Shown here: piece by piece, positions 10,205-20,356 of the stretch
How the letters are laid out: each line of letters starts with the position of its first letter
How positions within the stretch are numbered: the first letter of the stretch is position 1
DNA from: Candidatus Babeliales bacterium
GTDB taxonomy: Bacteria > Babelota > Babeliae > Babelales > JACPOV01
Assembly: GCA_050250855.1 (NCBI GenBank)
Contig: JBFWNW010000004.1
Location: forward strand, 64,001-128,000
DNA length: 64,000 bases
Direction of reading: 5' to 3'
Translations under genes and position numbers: made by a program
The notes under the pieces: model-generated
What the model was told of the DNA's origin: nothing
What the model saw: only the letters and a program-made list of their open reading frames with translations
The model's database searches: none

Positions 10205-11011
10205 TTATTCAAAATACTCTTTGATAGAATCTTTTAAGAATGCAGCAACAATACAGATTTTTTCCCAGAGCGTTTGATCAAATTCGCTTTGGTCAAAGAA
10301 TTCAGTTGTTATTTCAACAGCTTCTCCGGCTTGTTCAGGCTGTACTTCTTCTGTTGGGGTTTCTTCTTGAGCTGCTTTTTTTGTTTGTGTGGATAGTTCT
10401 TCTTGAACTGCAGGTTCTTCAGTCACAACAAGTTCTTGAGCTACTGATTGAGCATCTTGTGCTGTTTGATCTTGAATAACTTCTTCAAGTATCGCAACAA
10501 CTGCTTTTTCTTGTTCTTCTGTTGCTAAAGATTCTTCTGCTTCTCCCGCTGCATTAGGATTAACTGGTTTTACATTCAAGCGTTTGAGTAAGCGAGCATG
10601 TAGCTGAAGAAGTATTTTTTTGAATGAATCTGGCATGAAAACTTTATATTTAAATAATGTTTTCTTAACCTGATCAATTTCTCGTGCTGATGCAGTTCTC
10701 ATTCCCTGCGCATCATGCAAGAAATTGTTAATCATAGAGCCAAATTTTTCTTCAAGGAGCTTTTTATTGTCATCTACCAGTTTGATAAGTTCATCAACAA
10801 AAAAGCTGAACGGTTGAGAGCTGTGTTTTGTTTGTTTTACGTAAACACACACTTCTAAGAGTTCATATATCTGTTTTCTGATTTCATCTACCGTAACATA
10901 TTGATTACAGAGAATGCTTTCAGAAAATGAGGCCGATGCAAGCATCGTCAGGAAGATAGTTTTTTTGTAAAGGTTCTTGTTGAATTTCATTAAGTGTCCT
11001 TTCAATTTCAT
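10205..11011 (-). CDS. Hypothetical secreted protein with acidic low-complexity C-terminal half
   Basis: 268 aa (likely start 10990 after AGGA); signal-like segment; E/Q/A-rich tail. Confidence 0.7.
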   Translation of the reverse strand: MKLKGHLMKFNKNLYKKTIFLTMLASASFSESILCNQYVTVDEIRKQIYELLEVCVYVKQTKHSSQPFSFFVDELIKLVDDNKKLLEEKFGSMINNFLHDAQGMRTASAREIDQVKKTLFKYKVFMPDSFKKILLQLHARLLKRLNVKPVNPNAAGEAEESLATEEQEKAVVAILEEVIQDQTAQDAQSVAQELVVTEEPAVQEELSTQTKKAAQEETPTEEVQPEQAGEAVEITTEFFDQSEFDQTLWEKICIVAAFLKDSIKEYFE

Positions 11012-11421
11012 TTCTATCGAAATAATCGGCTTTAAAAATCTTTGTTATTAAGCCTTGTTTATATAGCTGTCAAAATTTCTCTTAGCATCTCCCAGTTTAA
11101 AGAGGTTCAAAATATTGTCAAAAGGGCTGGCTGCTAAGGCCTTTTTAACCTGTTTTTACCTTTTTTGGGGAGTTGAGTATCACAAAAAGTACCCGAATTT
11201 TTACAAAAAATAAAGGTTTTATTTAAAAAGATTTTTGTTATTAGTTTCAAATTGAAATAATCAACAAGGGTTGGTGTGTTTTGTGTTTCAAAGTAGGCAA
11301 TAATAAGCTTAGTATTGTGCTTTGCGTAGAACTATTTAGACTAAACAATGATGATTTTTTTTCTGGGTATAAACAGGCTAAATTATTGAATCTAAGAGTT
11401 TGTCCGTAAATTATTAATTAT

Positions 11422-11512
11422 CGTTCGAATGCTTCGACAGGCTCAGCACGAACGGTTTTAATGTAAAGTATTGCCTCTCCGTTCGCCCTGAGCTTGTCGA
11501 AGGGTGCGAACG
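11422..11512. repeat. REP-like inverted doublet, type A
   Basis: cgttcgaatgcttcgacaggctcagcacgaacgg ... ccgttcgccctgagcttgtcgaagggtgcgaacg. Confidence 0.9.
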
Positions 11513-11528
11513 TAATTAAGGAAAACCT

Positions 11529-12590
11529 ATGCTTTTTCATCTGGCTGCATACCTGCAGCATTCATTATCGGCATTGAATGTAATCCATTACGTGAGCTTT
11601 CGTGCCATGGCCGCATTGCTGACATCGTTACTCTGTTCTTTTTTGTTTGGTACGGCATTTATTGAAATATCAAGAAGGCTATTTCGTTCAAAGGCGCGTG
11701 AATGGACACCAGAAATGCATCGAAGTAAAGATAATATGCCAACCATGGGTGGTATTTTTATTTTATCAGTGGTGACCTTCAATAGTTTATTGTGGTGCAA
11801 CTTAGCAAAAGTTCATGTATGGCTTTTTTTAGCGTGTATGTTTAGTTTCGGTGCTCTTGGTTTTTGGGATGATTGGCAAAAAATAAAAAAGCATAAAGGT
11901 ATTCCTGCGCGTACTAAATTTTTATGGCAACTTTGTGTTGCGCTCTTTTTTATAACTGCTTTAATAAAAACAGGATTGTCCCAAGAAATTAGTTTTCCTT
12001 TTTTTAAATGGTTGCACCCAGATCTTGGGTGGTTATTTATTCCTTGGGCCGTTTTTATTATCGTTGGGTGTAGTAATGCCGTTAATTTGACCGATGGTCT
12101 TGATGGGCTTGCTATTACTTCACTTATTCCCAATTTCGCTACCTTTTCTTTGATCTGTTATCTTGCTGGTAATTATAAAATAGCAAACTATCTACATATT
12201 CCTTTTGCCGATAGTGCTGAAATAGTTGTCATTGGTGCTACGTTAGTGGGGGCTTCACTTGGTTTTTTGTGGTACAACACGTACCCAGCACAAATTTTTA
12301 TGGGCGATATTGGTTCACTTGCTCTTGGTGCAGCACTTGCCTTAATGGCGCTTCTCTGCAAACAAGAACTTCTTTTGGTGATTTCAGGAGGTTTATTTGT
12401 AGTAGAAGCACTTTCTGTTATTGTGCAGGTAGCATCATACCGATGGTTTGGCAAACGTATGTTTAAAATGGCACCAATTCACCATCACTTTGAACTGATT
12501 GGTTGGCAAGAATCAAAAATTACTATGCGCTTTGGAATTATCTCTCTTATCTTGTGCTTGATTGCCTTAATGACGCTGAAGATGCGTTAA
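11529..12590 (+). CDS. mraY: Phospho-N-acetylmuramoyl-pentapeptide transferase
   Basis: PTMGG, GFWDD, SNAVNLTDGLDGL, FMGDIGS, MAPIHHHFE. Confidence 0.98.
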   Translation: MLFHLAAYLQHSLSALNVIHYVSFRAMAALLTSLLCSFLFGTAFIEISRRLFRSKAREWTPEMHRSKDNMPTMGGIFILSVVTFNSLLWCNLAKVHVWLFLACMFSFGALGFWDDWQKIKKHKGIPARTKFLWQLCVALFFITALIKTGLSQEISFPFFKWLHPDLGWLFIPWAVFIIVGCSNAVNLTDGLDGLAITSLIPNFATFSLICYLAGNYKIANYLHIPFADSAEIVVIGATLVGASLGFLWYNTYPAQIFMGDIGSLALGAALALMALLCKQELLLVISGGLFVVEALSVIVQVASYRWFGKRMFKMAPIHHHFELIGWQESKITMRFGIISLILCLIALMTLKMR

Positions 12591-13875
12591 TTTTTTTAAT
12601 AAAAAACATAATACAACCAGTTCCTACTGTCACTAAAAACGCAGCAAGATAAAAAAACCCTTGGTGCGTGAAATTACGAATGCATAACGTAAAAAGGATA
12701 AGTACACTTATGCAGCCAAGTACAGGAAGAGCAATGGGAGCTAAATTTTCCTGTTTTTTGTAATCATGCACGAGTAATCCTGCACAACTCAATAAGAATG
12801 CAATAGAAAGCGCAAAGATACTTATTTGCTGTAATACTATTTGCTGAGCGCCGGTCAAGATTAGATAACTTATGCAAATAAATCCTTCAGCAAGAATACA
12901 CAAAAAAGGAATGCCGTACTTATTTTTTGCAACAAATGATGGTGCATAAAAAATATGATTATGCTGTGCAAGAATATAAAGATTCCATGCGTTACTTAAA
13001 ATCATGCCATAGCTCCCGCCCAATGCTGCCGTAGCAGCTGCAATATGAACTATATTTGCAAGATGAATACTCAAGGCAGAAGAGCCCAGCACGGCATTAA
13101 AGAATGAAGGAAAAACAGCAAGGAAATTTTCTTTACCAAAAAGTATTGATCCTAGCGCTAACGATGTTAAAAGCTGATACATAATGGTAATGCTAATAGT
13201 AGCTAAGAATGAATATAAAATTGCTTTGCGCGCATTCTTTTCTGGATTTTGTATAGTAAGGCTCAATGAGCAGGCTGTTTCAAAGCCAACAAATGCGTAG
13301 AGCACTAAAGGAATAGTTTTTGGAATACCGTCCCACAATAATAATGTTTCTGGCGCATGCCAATGGCCAAAAAGATAAAGACTGCTCAGGATAGCAATAA
13401 CGATGGGGGTGGCTTTTAAGAAAATAAAACCATACATAATTTTGGTGCCCGTTTGCAGCGCATAATGGTTGAGCCACATAAAAAGGGCAATAATGCAGCT
13501 ATCAATAAAGAATGCTGGCAGGAGCGCAAGGGCAGGGATAATGCTTTGTATGAGCATCGTGAAAATGTGAATGAGCAATGCGGTGGAGGCGAGCTTGCCG
13601 ATAAAATAAGACCATGCACTTAAAAAGCCAAAAAAGGGTGAAATTGTTCTGGCAGCATACACATAAAAGCCACCTTCAGGAAATTTTTTAATAAGCGTTG
13701 TAATGGAAAAAATAATGGGTAATAAAATAATCGCGGCCACGCAGTAACTAACAAAGCTTAAAATACCGGCAAAGTTAATAAGATTGACCGTATTAATAAA
13801 AACACCACTACCAAACATAACGTTGATATTAATAAGAATTGCTTGGCCCAGCGTAAGTTTCTCTTGTTTATTCAT
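12547..13875 (-). CDS. APC-family amino acid permease
   Basis: About 12 TM; MFGSGVF, EGGFYVY, YAFVGFE, NPEKN. Confidence 0.9.
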   Translation of the reverse strand: MNKQEKLTLGQAILININVMFGSGVFINTVNLINFAGILSFVSYCVAAIILLPIIFSITTLIKKFPEGGFYVYAARTISPFFGFLSAWSYFIGKLASTALLIHIFTMLIQSIIPALALLPAFFIDSCIIALFMWLNHYALQTGTKIMYGFIFLKATPIVIAILSSLYLFGHWHAPETLLLWDGIPKTIPLVLYAFVGFETACSLSLTIQNPEKNARKAILYSFLATISITIMYQLLTSLALGSILFGKENFLAVFPSFFNAVLGSSALSIHLANIVHIAAATAALGGSYGMILSNAWNLYILAQHNHIFYAPSFVAKNKYGIPFLCILAEGFICISYLILTGAQQIVLQQISIFALSIAFLLSCAGLLVHDYKKQENLAPIALPVLGCISVLILFTLCIRNFTHQGFFYLAAFLVTVGTGCIMFFIKKINASSASLRQSSTR

Positions 13876-14615
13876 TATTTGCTCCACAATTCATACATGG
13901 CAATTGAGCCAGCAACGGCAGCATTTAAACTCTCTACGTTACCTGGCATAGAGAGCGTGATAGTTTGCTCGCATTCTTTGAGCCATGCAGAGCGAATGCC
14001 ACGAGCTTCGTTGCCTATTACCAAAAGTACCTTTTTATCAATGGTTTCTAGCGAACTACCACCATGTACAATAAGCGCAGCCAGCGCAAGATTTTTTTTG
14101 TGATCCATAAGCTCTTGCCAGGTGCATTGAAAAAGAGTTGCTTTGCCGATGGTGCCAGCAGATGCTTGAATAACTTTTGGATTCCAAGGATCAACACCTT
14201 CAACAATAACAATAGTTTTTTTTCCCATGGCAATGCAAGTGCGAATTAAGGTTCCCATGTTGCCTGGATCGGTAATATCAGCAAGAACAATGCCAGCATC
14301 TAATTGAGCAAATGGCGGTTGCTTTGGTAATGTAAATACGCCTACAATGCCGCTTGGCGTGCTAGCAGCGCTTATTTTTTCCATGACGGGTCGAGAAACA
14401 ATAGTAATAAGATTTTCATCAACAAACGTATCAACTTTATCAATGCTTTCTTCTGTTACATAGATTTGCAAAAGTTTTACTTCTGCTTCAAGCAATGTTT
14501 GGCAAATACGCAGGCCTTCGGCAAGAAAGCGTTTTTCTGTGTAACGCTTTTTAGCATCATGAAGCTTGGCCAGGTTAATGATTTCAGGATTTTGGCGAGA
14601 GGTTATTTTTTTCAT
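13875..14615 (-). CDS. TrmH/SpoU-family RNA methyltransferase
   Basis: ITSRQNP, DPGNMGTLIR, GNEARG, ESLNAAVA. Confidence 0.93.
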   Translation of the reverse strand: MKKITSRQNPEIINLAKLHDAKKRYTEKRFLAEGLRICQTLLEAEVKLLQIYVTEESIDKVDTFVDENLITIVSRPVMEKISAASTPSGIVGVFTLPKQPPFAQLDAGIVLADITDPGNMGTLIRTCIAMGKKTIVIVEGVDPWNPKVIQASAGTIGKATLFQCTWQELMDHKKNLALAALIVHGGSSLETIDKKVLLVIGNEARGIRSAWLKECEQTITLSMPGNVESLNAAVAGSIAMYELWSK

Positions 14616-14631
14616 AAATTTTTATTCATTA

Positions 14632-14716
14632 GTTCGCACCCTTCGACAAGCTCAGGGCGAACGTGGGACTTATAAAAATAACCGTTCGTGCTGAGCTCGT
14701 CGAAGTATACGAACGG
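14632..14716. repeat. REP-like inverted doublet, type A
   Basis: gttcgcacccttcgacaagctcagggcgaacg ... ccgttcgtgctgagctcgtcgaagtatacgaacgg. Confidence 0.9.
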
Positions 14717-14842
14717 TTTGAAATGTCTGTAATTAGTCTAGCAAAGGCTTATGAAAAAGCTATGAAGATTTGAAATAAAGGGTTTTTAGCTTTAAACTAT
14801 GAAAGCAGTTTTTACATAATAGTTAACAACCAAGGAGTTTCT

Positions 14843-15259
14843 GTGGAATTTAAAAGAATATTCTTTTTTGCTTTTTTCTTAAATTTTGCCTGTGTATCCC
14901 TAAACATGGAGCAGCACAATTTAGTGCAAGAGGATAAAATATCTTTTATTGCAATTCTTGGAAAACTGAGCAGAAAAGAGGAACTAACTTTAAAAGAGCG
15001 AGAAAAATTTGAAATGTATCGCAATTGTATTGTTGGTAGCGTTGCAAGTGTAAGCTTTTTTTATCTTACGCCTCCATTTGGTTTTGGAGCTTTGTTTTGT
15101 ACAACGTGGAAAGGATTATGTGCAGCTGCAGGAACGGTAGGTGTTTTTGAGCTGATGAGAAATTATAGCTGGGAAGATATTAAAGAGAAGGCAGATAAAA
15201 TTATCGCAGACTTTAAATCTCATGCTGAAGAGTCTTCGCACGATAATATTGCATTATAA
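14843..15259 (+). CDS. Hypothetical membrane/secreted protein
   Basis: GTG start after AAGGAG; N-terminal signal, central Gly/Ala hydrophobic segments. Confidence 0.65.
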   Translation: MEFKRIFFFAFFLNFACVSLNMEQHNLVQEDKISFIAILGKLSRKEELTLKEREKFEMYRNCIVGSVASVSFFYLTPPFGFGALFCTTWKGLCAAAGTVGVFELMRNYSWEDIKEKADKIIADFKSHAEESSHDNIAL

Positions 15260-15330
15260 AACAGTGTAGACTTGCTAGAATGATTTTTTAGGTGAATAAG
15301 CTCTTAAATAATTAGGTGACCGAAAAGAGA

Positions 15331-15804
15331 TTATGGTTCCAAAGTTAATTCTGGAGCTTTAAGCGTAACGGCTACATGATACTTACCGTGTACCCCTTGT
15401 TCTTCATAATCTTTTTTGTTTTTATATATTCTTTCAATACTTATTTCTTGCTGAGACTGAGATGAAGATAGGTAGGCTTTTGCACTAAAGTCAGTTCCCA
15501 AATCTGAGACAAGCAGTGTTAATTCATACTTTTCTTTTGAATTTTTTGGAGCATTTAAAGGTGTTAGTGTTGCGGCAAAAATGGCATATTTGTTTGCCAT
15601 GAGCTTAGAGAGAGGGAAATCTATTCCTCTTGCTATCTTCCCTGGATTCAATGGAAAGATTTTATCACTTAGGGTTACCTCAAAATTTTTATTCGTTTCA
15701 TTTTTAATGGTCAACGTAGCGCTGAGCTCTTTTTTTTGTTCTGCTCCGAAGAGTTGAGTGGTTATAAGGGCTAAGCCGATCATACTATATTTTATTATTT
15801 TCAT
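15331..15804 (-). CDS. Hypothetical secreted protein
   Basis: Signal peptide MKIIKYSMIGLALITTQLFG; beta-rich, LTIKNET. Confidence 0.65.
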   Translation of the reverse strand: MKIIKYSMIGLALITTQLFGAEQKKELSATLTIKNETNKNFEVTLSDKIFPLNPGKIARGIDFPLSKLMANKYAIFAATLTPLNAPKNSKEKYELTLLVSDLGTDFSAKAYLSSSQSQQEISIERIYKNKKDYEEQGVHGKYHVAVTLKAPELTLEP

Positions 15805-15925
15805 ACTATTTTTCTTTTTTTAATAATATTATCTCATTATTTTTTATTGTAACAAAATAGGGACTGGTAAGGCAATGAAGTGCTTAAAAAAGCCTGTTTT
15901 TCAGCAAAAAAACCTGATTTTGGTC

Positions 15926-17056
15926 TTAAATCTCATCCTGGAGAATTTTAGTGCGATAATCCTGCATTAATTGCACCATAAAGTGGATATTATGCAGGGT
16001 TGCCAGGCTGTAGGCCGTCATTTCTTTAGCTTTAAATAAGTGATGTAAGTAGGCCCTGGTATATTTTGTGCAGACAAAGCAGGTGCATTCTTTATCGATA
16101 GGTTCAAATGAAGTACGGTTAGCGCTGTTCATAATTTTAACAAAACCGTTTCTGGTAAAGAGCAAGCCGTGACGCGCAGAGCGTGTAGGGTGCGAGCAAT
16201 CAAGCGTATCAATGCCAAGTTTTATGCAGGCATCAATAGAAGCAAGGTCGCCAATGCCCAGTAAATGATTTGGTTTATCAGCGGGTAGTTGTGGCATTAA
16301 ATCTTGCAGCATAGTAACCATTTCTTCTTTATTTTTGCCGACACTGCCACCAATAGCAAAACCATCAAAGGGCAATGCGGTCAAAAACTTTGCACTTTCT
16401 GCGCGCAATGCAGGATCTATGCCGCCATGAATTACCGCATACATTGCCTGATTGTTGGGATTTTTAAGATGATGTTCTAATGAACGCTGTTCCCAGCGAT
16501 GCGTGCGGTCTAATGATTTTTTTAATGCTTTTGGATCAATGTGATAAGGCGGTAATTCATCAAAAGGGATGATAATATCAGCACCCAAATCTTTTTGCGC
16601 TTGAACAGAAGTTTCCGGTGTCAGTAATACTGGGCTTCCATCGCGGTAAGAGCGAAACAGTACCCCGTCTTCATCTATTTTGAGCACGGAATTGTCATAT
16701 TTTTTTTGCCCTTTGCTTTTCAGCTCATTGGCAACACCGCCGTAAGCAAGACTAAAAACCTGAAAGCCGCCTGAATCGGTAATAATAGGTTGGTTGCGAT
16801 TGATAAATTTATGGAGCCCCCCAGCTTGTTTAATAACCTCAGTACCGGGTTGCAGCATTAAGTGGTACGTATTGCAAAACATAAGCTGCAAACCAAGATC
16901 ATCTGCCGTAACGCTATCAAGCGCTTTAAGCGTTGCATTGGTGCCAACAGCTACAAAGTTTGGCGTGTCAATAATGCCGTGTGGCGTATGAATGCGGCCA
17001 ACACGGGCTTTTGATTTTTTTGATTGATGGATGAGCTCAAACTTAAAGTTTTTCAT
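15926..17056 (-). CDS. tgt: tRNA-guanine transglycosylase
   Basis: ARVGRIHTPHG, NTYHL, TDSGGFQVFSL, HLLGIG, Zn site CTCFVC...H. Confidence 0.97.
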   Translation of the reverse strand: MKNFKFELIHQSKKSKARVGRIHTPHGIIDTPNFVAVGTNATLKALDSVTADDLGLQLMFCNTYHLMLQPGTEVIKQAGGLHKFINRNQPIITDSGGFQVFSLAYGGVANELKSKGQKKYDNSVLKIDEDGVLFRSYRDGSPVLLTPETSVQAQKDLGADIIIPFDELPPYHIDPKALKKSLDRTHRWEQRSLEHHLKNPNNQAMYAVIHGGIDPALRAESAKFLTALPFDGFAIGGSVGKNKEEMVTMLQDLMPQLPADKPNHLLGIGDLASIDACIKLGIDTLDCSHPTRSARHGLLFTRNGFVKIMNSANRTSFEPIDKECTCFVCTKYTRAYLHHLFKAKEMTAYSLATLHNIHFMVQLMQDYRTKILQDEI

Positions 17057-17717
17057 GATCTTTTTTCATATAAAATGTTGCAACGGCCGTAAGGGGAGAG
17101 GCAATAATAATACTGATTATTTTTATACTGTAGCTGACCAGCACAATGTGCCACATATTATTTACCATACCATAAAGCCCTAAAAAGCTGAAGAGCAGCG
17201 TATCGAGTAATTGCGAACAGCTCATGGTTGCAAAATTACGGGCAACTACATAATGCCCCTCATAATAGGCTTTGAGCTTTGCATAGAGATAATTTTCAAA
17301 GCTTGAAGAAATAAAGTAAGAAATCAGTGATGCAGCAATAATACGCGGGGTAGCGGCAAAAATAAGGGCAAAATGTTCATGCATAGTATCATACATATTC
17401 GGTATATACCAGAGATGCAATGTTGCCAACATTCCTACAAACAGAGAGCTATAAAGAGCAGTAGTAAGTGCGCGTTGTGCTGCCTGTTTGCCACAATATT
17501 CATTGAGCAGATTGAGCGCAAGAACGCTGCCAGTAATAAAAGCATCAGTACCCGTTACATTGAACCCAAAAAGATCAATTTGTTTAGTGACCAGTATATT
17601 GGCCATGACAAACGTGAGGCTGACAAAGACGGTAAGCGCCTGTTTGCCTAAATACGCAGCACCAAGAGCAGCTAACGCAATAAGAGTTGTGTGCAGGATA
17701 AAAATAAGTTCGTTCAT
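17043..17717 (-). CDS. yhhQ: Queuosine precursor transporter (YhhQ/VUT family)
   Basis: Multi-TM; ANILVTK, LLNEYCGK, RIIAAS, RN...SQLLDT; overlaps the tgt start. Confidence 0.88.
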   Translation of the reverse strand: MNELIFILHTTLIALAALGAAYLGKQALTVFVSLTFVMANILVTKQIDLFGFNVTGTDAFITGSVLALNLLNEYCGKQAAQRALTTALYSSLFVGMLATLHLWYIPNMYDTMHEHFALIFAATPRIIAASLISYFISSSFENYLYAKLKAYYEGHYVVARNFATMSCSQLLDTLLFSFLGLYGMVNNMWHIVLVSYSIKIISIIIASPLTAVATFYMKKDHEKL

Positions 17718-17725
17718 AGTTTAGA

Positions 17726-18523
17726 TTAAAGGGCTAAGAAAAAGGTAATATAAAAACCTATATGAGCGCTAATTTGAGAAAGAAAGCTTTTATCATTTTC
17801 TTTGAATGATTTTAGAGCCTGCTCAAAGTAAGAAGCTTGTGAATAAGGTTCAAGAATACGATCTAAACATTTACGAAAATCTTTAACTTTAAGTGCCCCT
17901 AGTTTTCCTATATAAGCATTGATAGTTTCTTTGCGATCTTTGATTATTTCTTTTAAATCATCAGGGGTTAGTTCTTGAGGCTGCAGAGAATTCCAAGGAT
18001 TAGCAAGAGCTTCTTGTAACTGTTCTTTAATAATTGAGTCAATTTGTTTAATAAGAGGGCTCAGAAGGGGCAGTTTTTTTTGTTCTTTTTTTAAGAAACT
18101 ATTAATATTTTGAGCAGTATTGTAGAGGGACTCTTCAATATTTTCTTTAAAAAGATCTATAGCATTAAATTTTTCAACTTCTTCGATATTATTATCTTTT
18201 TGTTGTTGTAGGATGAGCGCGCAGGTTGATCCATAGTCTACATTAATCATGAGAGCCATAGTATAAAAATGCCTGAATACATCAAGTATAAATAATCTTC
18301 CTTCTTGCTGGAGTTTGTCAATTTTAGCCTGATCGGTGCCTACATTATTAATGATTTTTTCAAATTCTATACATATTTTTTCAGCATAGATGTCATTAGC
18401 TGAAAGATTTATTTTTTCAAGAAAATTCGGTACCACATCATAATACCAAGTCCCATTGCCGCCGGCTTGAAGTGATGTCGCAATAAAAAGTACAGCTAGA
18501 ATTTTTTTCATGAAATACTCCAT
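17726..18523 (-). CDS. Hypothetical secreted helical protein
   Basis: MKKILAVLFIATSLQA signal (likely start 18511); hydrophobic C-terminus. Confidence 0.7.
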   Translation of the reverse strand: MEYFMKKILAVLFIATSLQAGGNGTWYYDVVPNFLEKINLSANDIYAEKICIEFEKIINNVGTDQAKIDKLQQEGRLFILDVFRHFYTMALMINVDYGSTCALILQQQKDNNIEEVEKFNAIDLFKENIEESLYNTAQNINSFLKKEQKKLPLLSPLIKQIDSIIKEQLQEALANPWNSLQPQELTPDDLKEIIKDRKETINAYIGKLGALKVKDFRKCLDRILEPYSQASYFEQALKSFKENDKSFLSQISAHIGFYITFFLAL

Positions 18524-18640
18524 TGTTTTTAAATAAAGAATGCTACTAATGCTATAATAGTTGCATTTTTAGGCAGCAATGTCAAAGGGATGCTTGATTG
18601 AATGGTGTTTTTGGTCTTATGTTTGAGTCCTAGGGGGTTG

Positions 18641-18668
18641 TTGACAAGGTATTTGTTTGAATTATGCT
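18641..18668 (+). promoter_or_regulatory. Putative sigma70 promoter
   Basis: TTGACA-16 nt-TATGCT about 40 nt upstream of 18708. Confidence 0.45.
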
Positions 18669-18707
18669 GTAGGTGTGTGTTATGAGTTATTTTAAATAGG
18701 GGTTCTT

Positions 18708-19220
18708 ATGTCTAAAAAGATGTTTTTTATAGGTTTAATAGTGCTAGCTGCAGGGAGTATGCAGGCAGGAAATATGTTGAGTTTTTTACCTGAGCAGTCA
18801 GTGCTTCGTTCATATTGCCAAGCCCATCCTTATAGTAAAAATACGTATGCAGTTGTGCAATTTTTCAAAAGGATAGAAAAGGCTTTGTCTCAAATGCTTT
18901 TAAGAAATGACCTTTACGCACTCGTTGAACAAAAAGAAAAGCAGCTTAAGCAATTAGAAGAAGGTAAAGAAGAAGCTTTAGCGATTAGGCAAGACCTGCT
19001 AGAGCTCTATGCACAGATAGAAAAAATAAATAATCAGGTAGAGCTTGTTGTGCAAGGTAGATTTTCTGAACTTGATGAGTTAGAAAAAGTTATAGAAAGC
19101 ATAGTACAAGATGATTCTCTATGGGAGCAAGAATCTAGTTATTTAACAGAAGCTCTTATACAATATGATGAAAGCTTACAAAAAGATAAAGAAGCTACTT
19201 TAGCAAAGGGTACTCTTTAA
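18708..19220 (+). CDS. Hypothetical secreted coiled-coil protein
   Basis: Signal peptide; E/K/Q/L heptad-like composition. Confidence 0.7.
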   Translation: MSKKMFFIGLIVLAAGSMQAGNMLSFLPEQSVLRSYCQAHPYSKNTYAVVQFFKRIEKALSQMLLRNDLYALVEQKEKQLKQLEEGKEEALAIRQDLLELYAQIEKINNQVELVVQGRFSELDELEKVIESIVQDDSLWEQESSYLTEALIQYDESLQKDKEATLAKGTL

Positions 19221-20178
19221 ATCCCACTAACCTGCATTCTGGTTGGGGCAAAATGCCAAACTGGTCAAAAACAAGCTTTTGCATAGTACGGGCAAGTTGA
19301 ATAATATCAGCACTCGTTGCATTACCGCGATTGACAAGCATATTAGCATGTTGATGGGAAACGGTAGCGCCGCCTACTTGCAAGGCGCCTTTTACCCCAA
19401 TTTTATCAAGGTAATACGCCACGTAGATCATTTTTTTTCCATTACTCTCAAGCGTCACTTCATGTTCATGGAAATTTCTAAAAAAACTACCGCAAGTTCC
19501 TTTTTGCGGATAGCGAGCAGCACGGTGCCGGATGATTTCTTTTTTGCGCCCACGGGCGTAGGCAATTTCTTCAGGGTTTATTTTTTTTAGCTTAAAGGTT
19601 GCACTCAGAAGAAAATGATTTTCCTTGAGCAGAGTTGATTGATTGTAGCCAAAATCAAACCATGAAGGATCAACAGTTTTTATGACGCCGGTATCTTTTT
19701 CAATAATCTGTGCAGAAACTAAAAACTGATCTAATAAAAATTCAAAATAATGAAGATTAATATACACAGCGCCGCCAACCGTGCCAGGAATGCCACTAAA
19801 CTCTTCAAGTCCGCTTAAGTTATGCGCAAGGCAATATTCAATAAGATCATCAAGCTGCACGCCAGCACCGGCAGTAAGCAGTTCATATTGTTGGTCCCAC
19901 GGTTCTTGCACGAGTGCAGTAAGTTTTGGCCGAATAACAAGGCCATCAAACCCTTCATCGGCAATTAAAATATTGGCACCAGCACCAAGAATAAAAAGAA
20001 GAAGTTTATGCTCGTTTGCAAATTGCAACGCTTGCTGAAACTCTTGCGGCGTCGTTGGCTCACAAAAAAATTTTGCTGCACCACCTGTTGCAAACCAGTT
20101 TTTGTCAGCAAGAGAGATATTTTGTTGTATTATTGCGGGGATGGAAGTTGTATTTTTTGATGATTCTGCTCTGAGCAT
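19195..20178 (-). CDS. murB: UDP-N-acetylenolpyruvoylglucosamine reductase
   Basis: GGAA, LGAGANILIAD, GLEEFSGIPGTVGGA, GSFFRN, HANMLVN. Confidence 0.95.
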   Translation of the reverse strand: MLRAESSKNTTSIPAIIQQNISLADKNWFATGGAAKFFCEPTTPQEFQQALQFANEHKLLLFILGAGANILIADEGFDGLVIRPKLTALVQEPWDQQYELLTAGAGVQLDDLIEYCLAHNLSGLEEFSGIPGTVGGAVYINLHYFEFLLDQFLVSAQIIEKDTGVIKTVDPSWFDFGYNQSTLLKENHFLLSATFKLKKINPEEIAYARGRKKEIIRHRAARYPQKGTCGSFFRNFHEHEVTLESNGKKMIYVAYYLDKIGVKGALQVGGATVSHQHANMLVNRGNATSADIIQLARTMQKLVFDQFGILPQPECRLVGFKEYPLLK

Positions 20179-20199
20179 CTATAGTCCTTTTTTAAAGGA

Positions 20200-20350
20200 G
20201 TTCGCACCCTTCGACAGGCTCCCAGACTTCGCACAATGCTACGTCGGGCATGGCAGGGCGAACGGAAAAAAATATTTGCATTAAACCGTTCGTGGTGAGG
20301 AGTCCGGCGTAGTTTTTAACGAAAGCCAGGACGTCTCGAATCCATGAACG
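20200..20350. repeat. Composite REP-like doublet (type A arm and type B arm, each with a nested insert)
   Basis: gttcgcacccttcgacaggctc[ccagacttcgcacaatgctacgtcgggcatggc]agggcgaacgg ... ccgttcgtggtgaggag[tccggcgtag...aagccagga]cgtctcgaa. Confidence 0.85.
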
Positions 20351-20356
20351 TCAAAA

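Noticed and set aside
11012..11420. AT-rich gap a few kb from mnmG as oriC
   Set aside because: No cluster of TTATCCACA-type boxes seen; minus-strand TTGACA motifs fit ordinary promoters
17718..17760. preQ1 riboswitch upstream of yhhQ
   Set aside because: Only 8 nt separate yhhQ from the upstream ORF; no aptamer motif seen
20102..20284. Short ORF containing PFDRL
   Set aside because: Translation of the REP-like repeat and antisense murB
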